Positions 38,101 through 50,608 of a stretch of DNA of 64,000 bases are shown here, piece after piece. The notes beneath the pieces were generated by a model that saw nothing but the letters and a program-made list of their open reading frames with translations, had not been told where the DNA came from and searched no databases. Where the stretch lies: NCBI RefSeq assembly GCF_006345805.1, contig NC_043019.1, forward strand, positions 3,782,001 through 3,846,000. Reading direction: 5' to 3'. This DNA comes from Octopus sinensis. Its lineage: Eukaryota. The position numbers and the translations under genes are program-made. How positions within the stretch are numbered: the stretch's first letter is position 1; each line of letters opens with the position of its first letter.

Positions 38101-38407
38101 TTGTACCACGTGGGGCGTATACCACGCGGTTCTACTTTATGCCTGGAAAACCTTGACCTTAACTGCAATAACTCGTAAAAGAATTAGATATTTCATTAAT
38201 TCGCCCCACCTTTGATCAGAAGTAATTGATGTTTGTTTACCTAATGTCTAATGATGTTACGTATTGATCTTTTTAATGCTTATTCGTTATCATTTAGCAA
38301 ATTCATCAACGTACTGTATCTCCTAATGAAAACTTGTCAAAACCTGCACAGCCAGTTGAGTGGATGGGCCACGATACAGGGCTTAATCAATTATTTATTA
38401 TAACTGT

Positions 38408-38815
38408 TTACTCTTTACTCTCTTTTACTCTTTTACTTGTTTCAGTCATTTGACTGCGGCCATGCTGGAGCACCGCCTTTTAGTCGAGCAAATCGACCCC
38501 GGGACTTATTCTTCATAAGCCCAGTACTTATCCTATCAGTCTCTTTTGCCGAACCGCTAAGTAACAGGGACATAAACACACCAGCATCGGTTGTCAAGCA
38601 ATGCTAGGGGGACAAACACACACACACGCATACATATATATATACATATATACGACAGGCTTCTTTCAGTTTCCGTCTACCAAATCCACTCACAAGGCAT
38701 TGGTCGGCCCGGGGCTATAGCAGAAGACACTTGCCCAAGATGCCATGCAGTGGGACTGAACCCGGAACCATGTGGTTGGTTAGCAAGCTACTTACTACAC
38801 TGCCACTCCTGCGCC
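38408..38815 (-). mobile_element. SINE-A
   Basis: Family match. Confidence 0.9.
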
Positions 38816-39204
38816 TGATGTTATTATTATCACTCTCAGGTAGCGAGCTGGTAGGATCGTTAGCACACCTGGCAAATTGATTAGTGGCATTTCGTCCATC
38901 TTTACATTCTGAGTTCAAATTGCGCCGAGGTTGGCTTTGCCTTTTATCCTTTCGAGGTCAATAAAATAAGTACCAGTTGAATACTGGGGTTGATGTAATC
39001 GACTTACTTGAAAGAAACACAGATCATCTCAAAATAAACACTGTAACTTAGCGGTTCAGCAAAAAAGCCCAATAGAATAAGTACTAGGCTTACAAAGAAT
39101 AAGTTCTGGGGTCAGTTTGCTCGACTAAAGGTGGTGCTCCAGCATGGCCACAGTTAAATGACTGAAACAAGTAAAAGAGTATATATATATAATATATATA
39201 TATA

Positions 39205-39376
39205 AAGTTAATCCAAACAAGAAAGCACAAAAAAACACAACAACGTGAAGACGTGGAACAAATATAGTATTATTGGATGCTCAGGAAAGAAGGAAAGAAC
39301 GAGGGTTTAACGTTTCGAGCGGAAACATAGGAGAAAGAAAAATCCAGAGAAGGGAAGACAGAGGAAGAAAAATCGC
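39205..39376 (-). mobile_element. Penelope-like terminal element (hammerhead core deleted)
   Basis: Same family as 41065-41270 and 45675-45870. Confidence 0.6.
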
Positions 39377-39377
39377 C

Positions 39378-39645
39378 ACACATCGCTGGTCACAATGCGC
39401 TTTGCATTGTTTTAGCCATCAAATGACGCCACCATGCTGGCTAAGCAAGCAGGCCAACGGAAGAAAGAGTGAGAGAAAGTTGAGGCGAAAGAGTACAGCA
39501 GGGATCGCCACCACTCCCTTCTGGAGCCTCGTGAAGCTTTAGGTGTTTCCGCTCAATAAACACTCTCAATGCCCGGTCTGGGAATCGAAACCGCAATCCT
39601 ACGACTGCGAGTCCGCTGCCCTAACCACTGGGCCATTGCACCTCC
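39378..39645 (-). mobile_element. SINE-D variant
   Basis: Same head as SINE-D with a different 3' part; also at 43365-43590 (+) and 49625-49932 (-). Confidence 0.8.
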
Positions 39646-40035
39646 ACACACACATATATATATATAATTCTCTTGCTCTTTTATTCTTTTACTTGTTTCA
39701 GTCGTTTGACTGCAGCCATGCTGGAGCACTGTATGGTATACATATGTATACACACACATATGCACGTGTATATATATTTTCCCAACCACATGGTTCTGAG
39801 TTCAGTACCACTGTTTGGCACCTTGGGCAAGTGTCTTCTAATATAGCCTCAGGCCAACCAAAGCCTTGTGAGTGGATTTGGTAGATGGAAACTGGAAAAA
39901 AAAAACCAACATATATGTGTGTGTTTGTGTGTCTGTCTGTTTGTCATTGTTTCTGTGTCTGTTTCCGCCCCCACCCCACCGATCGACAATTGATGTTGTC
40001 AGTAGACTTCTTGCACTCCTTACTCTCCACCCTGT

Positions 40036-40424
40036 TGAGGCGCAATGGCCCAATGGTTAGGGCAGCGGACTTGCGGTCATAGGATCGCGGTTTCGATTCC
40101 CGGACCGGGCATTGTGAGTGTTTATTGAGCGAAAACACCTAAAAAAGCTCCATGAGGCTCCGGCAGGGGATGGTGGTGATCCCTGCTGTACTCTTTCACC
40201 ACAACTTTCTCTCACTCTTACTTCCTGTTTCTGTTGTACCTGTATTTCAAGGGGCCGGCCTTGTCACTCTCTGTGTCACGCTGAATATCCCCGAGAACTA
40301 CGTTAAGGGTACACGTGTCTGTGGAGTGCTCAGCCACTTACACGTTAATTTCACGAGCAGGCTGTTCCGTTGATTCGGATCAACGGGAACCCTCGTCGTC
40401 GGAACCGACGGAGTGCTTCCATCC
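40036..40424 (+). mobile_element. SINE-D flanked by a ~145-bp direct duplication
   Basis: 39883-40032 is similar to 40425-40568. Confidence 0.85.
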
Positions 40425-40918
40425 AGATGGAAACTGGAAAACAAACCCAACATGTATATATGTGTGTCTGTCTGTCTGTCATTGTTTCTGTGTCTGTTTC
40501 TGCCCCCTACCCCACAGATCAACAATTGATGTTGTCAGTAGACTCCTTGCACTCCTTACTCTCCACCCCTTCCTAGCCATCATTACATCTTCCTGTTTCT
40601 GTTAACTTTTTCATTGATTTTGTCATTGTTATTATTTTCAGCTCGGACCGTTACATCGCTGTCAACGTCGTCCTCACCACCATCATCATCATCATCGTCA
40701 TCATCATTATCATCATCATCATCACCTTCATAGATCATCATCAAGCTCATCTTCGTGTCCTGTAGGTGTGTATAGCTGGAATGTATGTATATATGTATGT
40801 GTTCCTGTTGGTCCCTGAATGTGTATGTGCACATATGTAAGCATGTGTATATAAATATCTTAACATGTCTGTGTAATGTGGATCTTCTCTGTGCATGTGT
40901 GTTATATGTATATGTAAG

Positions 40919-40954
<36 letters not shown>

Positions 40955-41132
40955 CAAATAAGAAACTTGAGAAACAAATTTAGTTTGTTCATCAACTTTT
41001 GGATATTATAATGTTGGGTTATTTATTCATTTAACAAAATGAGAACATCAATAGCATACATATGACCGCGTGTGTACCGTCGGCGATTTTTTTTTCCTCT
41101 GTCTTCCCGTCTCTGGATCTTTCCTTTTCCTT

Positions 41133-41167
41133 GTTTCTGACGAAGAGCTCCGCTCGAAACGTTAAAC
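41133..41167 (+). ncRNA. Candidate minimal type-I hammerhead ribozyme in a Penelope-like end (41065-41270)
   Basis: GUUU-CUGACGA-A-GAGC(UCC)GCUC-GAAAC-GUU-AAAC: canonical core, 4-bp stems I and II, palindromic ACGU stem III. Confidence 0.65.
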
Positions 41168-41550
41168 CCTCCTTCTTCCCTTCCTTTCTGAGCGTTCAAT
41201 AACACTATATTTGTTCCACGTCCTCGCGTTGTTGTGTTTTCTCTTTGTGTTTTCATGTTTGGATTAACTATCTTATAATTCAATACATATAAGATAAGAA
41301 TACAAATTATAAAAGTCATAATATACATTAATGGAATCATTAAAATCACTTCTGTTTCAGCCTATGTCTAAAAGTATTTAATTTTATTTTCATTGCCTAT
41401 ATGTATCAACATACTGAGGTTGTAGGTATTTAAAATTAGGGTACATATATTTATGTATTAAGAACCTGGGTACTGTACCAACAGTATATTGGATAAATGC
41501 TATCCCATATCTTACTTTATACTGTATATATATATATATGTATATACATA

Positions 41551-41582
<32 letters not shown>

Positions 41583-42029
41583 ATTTTAAATTAATAATAG
41601 AAGGGTAAAATTTATTATTCAAATTAATCAAATAATTAGCAATTTTTTCCAAGTAGATCGGTATGTTAAAATAAACTTTATAGGTAAAATTATCCACATA
41701 ATTATAATTAGGGTTCAGCTAACTGCTTCACCACATACCGAAATTAGAAATAGGAGTTAAAAATTCCTTTCCTGCTATTATAAGAATCTCCATGACGGTA
41801 AACATACTTTTTTTACAAGGGCAAAGAGAAAAACAATGAATCAACACAACCAGGATTAATTATATACACGTTTCGAGATTAAAGTAATTTGAATTTTACT
41901 TCCTTCTCTCTTCAGTATGATATTTCCGATTTTTATAAAATTTGAAAGTGCTTTGACTGAATATGTACACAATCGAGTAGTTGATTCTGTGCATATTCAA
42001 CCATAGCACTTTCAAATTTTATAATTATA

Positions 42030-42520
42030 TATCATCATCATCATCATCATCGTTTAACGTCTGCTTTCCATGCTAGCATGGGTTGGATGATTTTAACTGA
42101 GGGCTGGCGAACCAGATGGCTGCACCAGACCCAAATCTTGATCTGGCAGAGTTTTTACAGCTGGATGCCCTTTCTAATGCCAACCACTCCGAGAGTGTAG
42201 TGGGTGCTTTTTACGTGCCACCAGCATGGGGGCCAGTCAGGCGGTACTGGCAATGACCTAGCTCGAATCTTTTTACACATGCCACCGGCACAGGTGCCAG
42301 TAAAGCGACGCTGGTAACGATCACGTTCGAATGGTGCCCTTTTATGTGCTACTGGCACGGAAGCCAGTTGGCTGCTCTGGCAATGATCATGCTTGGATAG
42401 TGCTCTTGGGACCCTACTAACACGGGCACAAGTGCCAGTGAGGCGACGCTGGTAACGATCACACTGGAACGGTGCCCTTTTATATGCCACTGGCAGGGAA
42501 GCCAGTTAGCCGCTCTGGGA
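42030..42520 (-). mobile_element. SINE-C
   Basis: Family match. Confidence 0.85.
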
Positions 42521-42592
42521 AGGTAAAAGCTATGCTGCAGTCGGTCACTATTATGTTGTCAATGAAAGCACCATATGCTACATAAAAAAGGG

Positions 42593-42955
42593 TGGAGGCG
42601 CAATGGCCCAGTGGTCATAGGATCGCGGTTTCGATTCCCAGATCGGGCGTTATGAATGTTTATTGAGCAAAAACACCTAAAGCTCCACGAGGCTCCGGCA
42701 GGGGATGGTGGTGATCCCTGCTGTACTCTTTACCACAATTTTCTCTCACTCTTACTTCCTGTTTCTGTTGTACCTGTATTTCAAAGGGCCGGCCTTATCA
42801 CTCTCTGTGTCACACTGAATATCCCCAAGAACTATGTTAAGGGTACACGTGTCTGTGGAGTGCTCAGCCACTTACACGTTAATTTCACAAGCAGGCTGTT
42901 CCGTTGATTCGGATCAACGGGAACCCTTGTCGTCATAACCGACGGAGTACTTCCA
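42593..42955 (+). mobile_element. SINE-D with a deletion in the head
   Basis: Family match. Confidence 0.85.
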
Positions 42956-43305
42956 TCCACATAAAAAAGAACGAGGTGGCAGTCAGGACTACCGTAGCAG
43001 TAAATTACTGTGAAAGGACCAAAAAGATAACAACAGTGAGAAATAAGCAGTTCATTAGGATGGAATCCACCTTGGCATTGTGGATCAGTGACTGCAAGAA
43101 GAAAAACATCCCTTTGAACGGTAACATCATCCACGAGAAAGCATGGAAATTGTAGCAGCAGTTTGACAGAGGGAACCGAGCAGAAGGCACCGAAGAACCG
43201 GAACCAAGACCATTGACAGCACTGAAACCCGAAAATTTTCAAACCACCCAGGGATGGTTTGACTGTTTTTAGAAATGGTTTAAAATAAAGTGTGTTTCCC
43301 TACAT
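42955..43305 (+). pseudogene. Tigger/pogo transposase fragment (CENP-B-type HTH region)
   Basis: IKKNEVAVRT..RMESTLALWISDCKKKNIPLNGNIIHEKAWKL*QQF..FQTTQGWFDCF*KWFKIK. Confidence 0.85.
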
Positions 43306-43316
43306 GTGTGTGTGTG

Positions 43317-43354
<38 letters not shown>

Positions 43355-43589
43355 ATGTATATGTGGAGGCGTAATGGCCCAGTGGTTAGGGCAGTGGACT
43401 CGTAGTCGTAGGGTCGCGGTTTCGATTCCCAGACCGGGCGTTGTGAATGTTTATTGAGCGAAAACACCTAAGCTCCACGAGGCTCCGGCAGTAGGGTGGT
43501 GGCGTCATTGGAAGGCTAAAGACAATGCGAAGCAAATTGTTACCAGCGATGTGTAGCAACATCTGATAGGCTGGTCGATCACGGTGATA

Positions 43590-43624
<35 letters not shown>

Positions 43625-43635
43625 ATATGTATATA

Positions 43636-43696
<61 letters not shown>

Positions 43697-43844
43697 TGCA
43701 GACATGGATGTATATGTTTAGTATAATCTGGAAGTAACCGCATAGCGTGCATTTAAAAGCTCTTATAACCATTACTGGCTTCCACATGCTACTCTGTCGC
43801 AGGATATTTTCGAATTTGGGATTAATATGTGTAACTGCACTGTT

Positions 43845-44058
43845 ACTCTTTACTCTTTTACTTGTTTCAGTCATTTGATTGTGGCCATGCTGGAGCACTG
43901 CCTTTAGTTGACTTACTCTTTGTAAGCCTTGTGCTTATTCTATCAGTCTCTTTTTTCCGAACCGCTAAGTTACTGGGACGTAAACACACCAGTATCGGTT
44001 GTCAAGCGATGTTGGTGGGGACAAACACAGACACACAAACATATACATACATACATAT

Positions 44059-44090
<32 letters not shown>

Positions 44091-44260
44091 CATATATATG
44101 ACAGGCTTCTTTCAGTTTCCGTCTACCAAATCCACTCACAAGGCTTTGGTCGGCCCGAGGCTAAAGTAGAAGACACTTGCCCAAGGTGTCACACAGTGGG
44201 ACTGAACCCGGAACCATGTGGTTCGTAAGCAAGCTACTTACCACACTGCCACTCCTACGC
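43845..44260 (-). mobile_element. SINE-A
   Basis: Family match. Confidence 0.9.
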
Positions 44261-44564
44261 ATATTGTATATAAGATTAATATACGAATGTAGCATGAAGA
44301 TGGAAAATGGCAAGCTTTAATAGCAAACATTTGTTTCTGCACCAAACACCAGATTTGTTACTGAGTTGACATTTATATATCATTACATAAGATTATTCTT
44401 TACAATTACTATATAATTAGATATTTTCAGCAACAGCTATGTGTAGGTATTTCCTCTGCTGGAATGTGAAATGTGCCTGTATGCAGTTGCATGTTTGCAT
44501 CTGTTCTAGAGTGCAGTATTAGATGTGGTGTTAACTAAGCAGGAGTAGCTCACCTTGACGTTAT

Positions 44565-44905
44565 TTGAGTTGAAAAGCTTGTAGCGCTTGTGGCTCCTGT
44601 GGAAATGCCTCTCAGTTAATGACAGGAAGCTCCTAGTTACAGTGATGGAAATGTTTAGGGTTGAACCAGATGCCAGATTAACTTTTTCTCTCTGGTCCTC
44701 TTTGAAAGCAGCATTGGTGTTGTGGGTCCTCTATATATGCTAACTTTTTGGAAAATCAGTTCATTGCTAAGGTGTCATTATAGTGGTGTGGGGTAGGGGC
44801 CTCTTAAAGATATCCCTACTGACTGAAAGTTTAGATATTCTTCTACTGATACTTGAAACTAAGCTTCTAATTTCAGCAGGGGTGGGGTTCAGGCTTCTGT
44901 GGTTT
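44565..44905 (-). pseudogene. Penelope-like retroelement ORF fragment (region between RT and GIY-YIG)
   Basis: Frameshifted ..EIRSLVSSISRRISKLS..DIF..YNDTLA..WFNP..RSFLSLTERHFHRSHKRYKLFNSNNVKVSY. Confidence 0.8.
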
Positions 44906-44959
44906 CTTTGTAGGGCTTCCTATAGGGGTTGTACTTGCCTGTTTTCAGTTCTAAGATCG

Positions 44960-45135
44960 TGTCTAGGAAGTTAACCATGGTCATGTTGGCACTAAAGAAA
45001 CGCAAGCTCAGGTGGTTTGGGCATGTCACCCGCTCATCAGGGATGGCCAAAACAATCCTTCAGGGAACAGTCAAAGGCTGCAGAGGCAGACAGAGAAAGA
45101 GGTGGGAAAACAATGTCTGTGAGTGGAGAGACCTA
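44960..45135 (+). mobile_element. RTE/BovB-type LINE ORF C-terminal fragment
   Basis: KKRKLRWFGHVTRSSGMAKTILQGTVKGCRGRQRKRWENNVCEW. Confidence 0.85.
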
Positions 45136-45645
45136 AAGACCTTTTATGGTAATATCCCCCCCCCCAGTGGCCAGACACTTTTTCATAGAATACCGGAAGT
45201 GACTAACATTCATTTACAACAACTGCATAATGACATGACAAAGTGACACAAACACACACACACATCTAAATACATGTCTATATATATATATAATTAAAAT
45301 TATAAAATAGGGTATCTATGAGATACCACCATGCTGAAAATAGCAGCCATGATCTGACTCTAAAACCACCTTAAGTTTTCATATAGCAACATGGAGAAAG
45401 GATAAAGAGTCGAGATGGAACTAGTAAAAAATTACTGGATAGTTCTAGATCCCGGATTTCTGACTTTGTATTTAGACATGCTTTGCCTCATCAGTAGAAT
45501 ATACTCAGAAAAAAACATAAATACATATATATATATATAAAAACAACATACGAATACTTACATATATGAACGTATACATACATATATAAGCACATATGCA
45601 TCAAGGCTAGTTCTAAATGCCCGCTGTATTTACTGTGGTGATAAT

Positions 45646-45674
<29 letters not shown>

Positions 45675-45676
<2 letters not shown>

Positions 45677-45870
45677 ACCGCGTGTGTACTGTTGGCGATT
45701 TTTCTTTCCTCCGTCTTCCCTTCTCTGGATCTTTACTTTTCCTATGTTTCTGATGAAGAGCTCTGCTCAAAACGTTAAACCCTCCTTCTTCCCTTCCTTC
45801 CTGAGCGTCCAATAATACTATATTTGTTCCACGTCCTTGCGTTGTTGTGTTTTCATGTTTGGATTAACTT
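45675..45870 (+). mobile_element. Penelope-like terminal element with a mutated hammerhead
   Basis: GTTTCTGATGAAGAGCTCTGCTCAAAACGTTAAAC at 45746-45780 (GAAA changed to AAAA). Confidence 0.6.
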
Positions 45871-45905
<35 letters not shown>

Positions 45906-46284
45906 TCTGCGTTAAATTAAGAAACAGTGATGAGTGAAAGTTCTGTAAATAATAATTATAAGCTTAAGCTTAAAATGCCTTCACTGTAGAATATACTTCA
46001 ATATTAGACTATTTTTTGTAGCCAGTATATAGTGAACACTTACCAACTTAAGCTTATAATTATTATTTACAGGTTATATGTTAACGTAAGTAAGTACATA
46101 GGTGCAAATCAAATGGAAAAAAAAAATAATACCAAAAGTTGAGTAAAATAGTATTTCATTGAAGTAAAAAAAAACTTCAAACTTTTCACCTTCCTTCCAC
46201 CAAAATAAATTACACCAACTGATGTTGGTGTGTTTATGTCCCCGAAATACTGGCGGAGACCTCCGTGTGTGTATGTATATATCC

Positions 46285-46625
46285 GAGACCCCCTTCGGTC
46301 ATGACTGACCATGGGATTGTACCTAGAAAGTTACCCTCCCAGGTAGAAGTCCAGACAACGTTGTTTATGGAAGACCAGCAGCTGTCCATGCATACTGGCC
46401 TCCCCTCTCCATGCCACCAGTTGTTATCCAAGGGAAAGGCAAAAGGGGCCGATACAGCTTGGCACCCGTGACGTCGCAACTCATTTCTGCAGCTGAGTGA
46501 ACTGGAACAACGTGAAATAAAGTGTCTTGCTCAAGAACACAACACGCAGTCCAGTCCGTGATTTGAACTCACAACCTGACAGTCGTAAGTTCAACGCTCT
46601 ATCCACCGAGCCATGTGCCTTCACA
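46285..46625 (-). mobile_element. SINE-F
   Basis: Minus-strand tRNA-like head GTGAAGGCACATGGCTCGGTGG..GAGTTCAAATC; also at 59245-59830 and 60320-60880. Confidence 0.8.
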
Positions 46626-46702
46626 TAGCACTGGCACTTTCTATAATTTTGTTAGCATATAACATTCAATGTATAGTGTATATGTTTCCATTATCACATA
46701 TG

Positions 46703-47040
46703 GGGAGGTGATTCCCCATCTCCTCCGACAAGTTATCCTAACGAGACGTCTGCATTGGCTGGGTCATGCCCTCTGTCGTCAACCAGGAGAATTCATCTAC
46801 GAAGCAATTGCCCCAGGGTTGGCGAAAGCGATATGGTGGACAACGAAAATCCTGGCTGATGACAGTCAAGGCTGATCTGGAACCAAACCTAGGCCTCCAT
46901 GTATACGGAGTGGTTGGAGATCACGCGGTCGTTAGCCTCAAATCACCAGGCCCGGTTGGCGTTTGTGAGAGATGCAGCATTGAGGATGAATGAAGCCAGC
47001 TCAACCCACCCTGGGTGAATGCTGTCCAGTCAAGTCAAGT
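46703..47040 (+). mobile_element. 5'-truncated RTE LINE 3' end with a 14-bp TSD
   Basis: RRLHWLGHALCRQ and GWRKRYGGQRKSWLMTVKADLEP; (CAAGT)n tail; TSD CATTATCACATATG at 46689-46702 and 47041-47054. Confidence 0.9.
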
Positions 47041-47371
47041 CATTATCACATATGTATACAATATTAACTCCTACTGACAGTTAACACAGCCAATCAGCTA
47101 CAACAGACATGTTTATTCTAGCCATGAGAAAATATTACCTTGCTTGGAAACAGGTGAAGGTTGGCAACATAAACGGTGTTCAGCCATATAATATCTGCCT
47201 CAACAAATCTCGTTTGGCCCATACAAGCAGGGACCAAAGCAATAAGATACATTCTACACTCCACATGGCAAATATACTTTACCGATTATCCAGGCATCAT
47301 ATTGACTGATGCAGATTGCTACTGTTTTCTCTGGATTCAAGACTTTCCATATTTTAATGAAAATATATGTA

Positions 47372-47781
47372 TCTCTTATTATAAAAGGCAGATTTTATCT
47401 GCCTCCCTTTAGGAGTTATACAAATCTACAATATAGGATTTCTTCAATTACAATTTACCTAGCAATTTTAAGAGTACAATGCATCGCGTCATGCCAGGTC
47501 CAGTTTTTAAAATTTAAACTCCAATTAAGCATAATTTACAGAAAACTCACATTCTGGTGTGTGTGTCAAATGCTTTTCTTAGTCTGGTTTACACCACACG
47601 CAAACGCACACACACAGTGGGCAACGAATAAAGTGAAACTAGATGTAATATTTGTTTCTCTCTATCACGCTGATAGATACATGAGTAAAATGTATGGGAA
47701 GCTAACACATAAGTGTGAGTGAAAATGTTCTTGGAAGAGAGTAAATAGCCAGAGATAGTGATTTGAGGAACACTCATACAT

Positions 47782-47818
<37 letters not shown>

Positions 47819-47879
47819 TACATACACACACACACACACACATACATACATACACACATACATACATACATACATAAAT

Positions 47880-47910
<31 letters not shown>

Positions 47911-49272
47911 TACACACACACAGTATTGAAGCTTGAGAACAATCAGATACATTTGCAACACATCTGTTGAAAATATTATTGTTCACACACATACATATAC
48001 ATATATACATACAGACAGACAGACAGATAGACACACACACACACACACCATGATCCAGCATGGCCACAACCTCAAGGCTGAAACATATAAAAGAATAACA
48101 GAATATAAATGTGTGCATGTGTGTGAGAGAGAGAGTGTGTGTGTATATGTATGTATGTATGTATGTATGTAGTATATATATATAATAATGCGGTTTTTTC
48201 AACAGCTTGAACTAAAAGTCAGAGGGGAATGGGATAAACTACTTATATTAACTTGCTATAAAAGCAGGTAGTAATTTTATCTTGTCCTTATTCATAGTGC
48301 AAGTTTTGAAGAGTGCATTTCGATTTTAACAGCTATTTTTTTCAAAGCTATATTGGAACAGCCTAGAAGACGAGCCTCATCCTGAAAGATCTGTAGAACT
48401 CGACAAGGACATCCTGAAAACCCTGGTGGAACAAAATATCATCGTAACTGTTGAGGAACTAGCAGAGAAGCTTGGATTTGGTCATTCAACCATTCATTGA
48501 CACCTGTGTGCTATCGGAAAAGTCAGCAAATTGGGTCAATGGGTTCCTCACGAACTTTCTGAGTCTAATTGCATGCAGAGAGTGAATGTATGCTTTTCTT
48601 TGCTGTCATATCTCACCACTACTGCGCTATGTATAATCTATATATATAAAACTGTAGTTGTGTGAGTGTCTGTCCCCTTCGATTTAGATTCCTAACTACT
48701 CCCACATTTTGCGGTGCAGTTTAACCAAATTCGGGTAGCTTATAGTCATGATTCATATCGAGGCCGTCTGAGTATTAGCGCGCGTCTACGATGAGTCTAC
48801 GATTTTAAAAATAATTTAACATCATTTTTTATTCCATTTTAATGCATATTTTTTCGTGTGTCGATGGTGGTGGAGTTGGCGTCCACGCTCACACCTGCAC
48901 CTGTGGGGAAGGGAGTGTAAGGAAATCAACGTCGTAATGTGTTGTCAAGGAGACCAGCGTTCTTTTAGAACAACGACTTCATGGCTTGAAGACACCAAAA
49001 CAGAAATGGCTAAGAAAGCGTCTACATGAGTCTACGATTTAAAAAAAAATTTACCATCGTTTTTTTTCCATTTTAATGCATTTTTTCGCTATTATATAAG
49101 GGAAGTAACTCTCTAAAAATGTCTACGATGAGTCAACGATTTTTCAAAAAATTTACCATCATATTTTTTCCATTTTTAATGCATTTTTTGCTATTTTTTG
49201 GCTATAACTCTCTAAAAATGCTTATATAGTTATTTCCCTTACAAACCCGAGCAACGCCGGGCGATACTGCTA
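47372..49272 (+). mobile_element. Composite Helitron, copy 2
   Basis: A|TCTCTTATTATAAAAGG ... inner TCTATATATATAAAAC (~48636) ... CCCGAGCAACGCCGGGCGATACTGCTAG|T. Confidence 0.7.
48360..48628 (+). pseudogene. mariner transposase fragment
   Basis: SLEDEPHPERSVELDKDILKTLVEQN..GKVSKLGQWVPHELSESNCMQRVNVCFSLL. Confidence 0.9.
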
Positions 49273-49612
49273 GTCTATATATAAACGGCAAAATGTCTGT
49301 CTGTGTGTGTGTCTTTTATACAAATCCACAATTTTTCAATTAGAGGGCTCGCACTTTCTATGGTCATTCAAAACCATCCAAGGGTGGTCGTGCACATCTT
49401 TACATTTCCCCAGTCACCTCGCAAAGCCATTAGAAAATCAATAGAAGTGACGTTTTTTGTAAATTTTCTATCCAAAACCCAATCAAAATGCCCGAAACTT
49501 GATACGCCAATTAAATGCCAGCTAGCTGTATGTGATTGGTCGGAGATTTGGACAGTACTCGCGTGTATGTGCGCATGCATGCACTAGCACTATGCTAGTA
49601 TAGTGCTAGTAT
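49273..49612 (+). mobile_element. Non-autonomous Helitron inserted directly after another Helitron
   Basis: TCTATATATAAACGGC start; CTAGCACTATGCTAGTATAGTGCTAG|T terminal hairpin. Confidence 0.75.
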
Positions 49613-50194
49613 ATATATATATCACCGTGATCACCGTGACCGACCAGGCTATCAGATGTTGCTACACATCGCTGGTCACAATGCGTTTCGCATTATTTTA
49701 GCCTTCAAATGACGCCACCCCGCTGGCTAAGCGAGCAGGCCAACAGAAGAAAGAGTGAGAGAAAGTTGTGGCGAAAGAGTACAGCAGGGATCGCCACCAC
49801 CCCCTGCCGGAGCCTCATGGAGCTTTAGGTGTTTTCGCTCAATAAACACTCACAACGCCCGGTCGTGGAATCGAAACCGCGATTCTACAACCGTGAGTCC
49901 GCTGCCCTAACACTAGGCCATTGCACCTCCATATATATATATATAATGGTTTCAAATTCTGGTGCAGGGCCAGCAATTTTGAAGGGAGGAGGAAGTTGAT
50001 TACATCAATCCCTGTTCTTGATTCGTTCTTAATTTATGGACCCCCAAAAGAATGAAAGGCAAAGTCAACCTTGGCTGAATTTGAACTTAGAATTTTCCCG
50101 GTGAAATGCTGCTCAGCATTTTTCCCAGCATGCTGATGGTTCCGCCACCTCGCCAACTTAACAAAGATATATATAATGGTGTTATACTCTCTCT

Positions 50195-50608
50195 TTCTCT
50201 TTTACTCTGTTTTACTTGTTTCAGTCATTTGACTGCGGCCATGCTGGAGCACCGCCTTTAGTCGAGTAAATCGACCCCGGGACTTATTCTTTTGCAAGCC
50301 CAGTACTTATTCTATCGGTCTCTTTTGCCGAACCGCTAAGTGACGGGGACCTAAACACACCAGCATCGGTTGTCAAGCAATGCTAGGGGGCCAAACAGAG
50401 ACACACAAACATATACACACACACATATATATACATACATATATACGACAGGCTTCTTTCAGTTTCCATCTACCAAATCCACTCACAAGGCATTGGTCGG
50501 CCCGAGGCTATAGCAGAAGACACTTGCCCAAGATGCCACGCAGTGGGACTGAACCCGGAACCATGTGGTTGGTAAGCAAGCTATTTACCACACAGCCACT
50601 CCTGCACC
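50195..50608 (-). mobile_element. SINE-A
   Basis: Family match. Confidence 0.9.

Noticed and set aside
47372-49272. Assembly artefact as the explanation for the inverted duplicate of 28817-30690
   Set aside because: The copies differ by substitutions, microsatellite lengths and a ~240-bp block, and they end at Helitron termini
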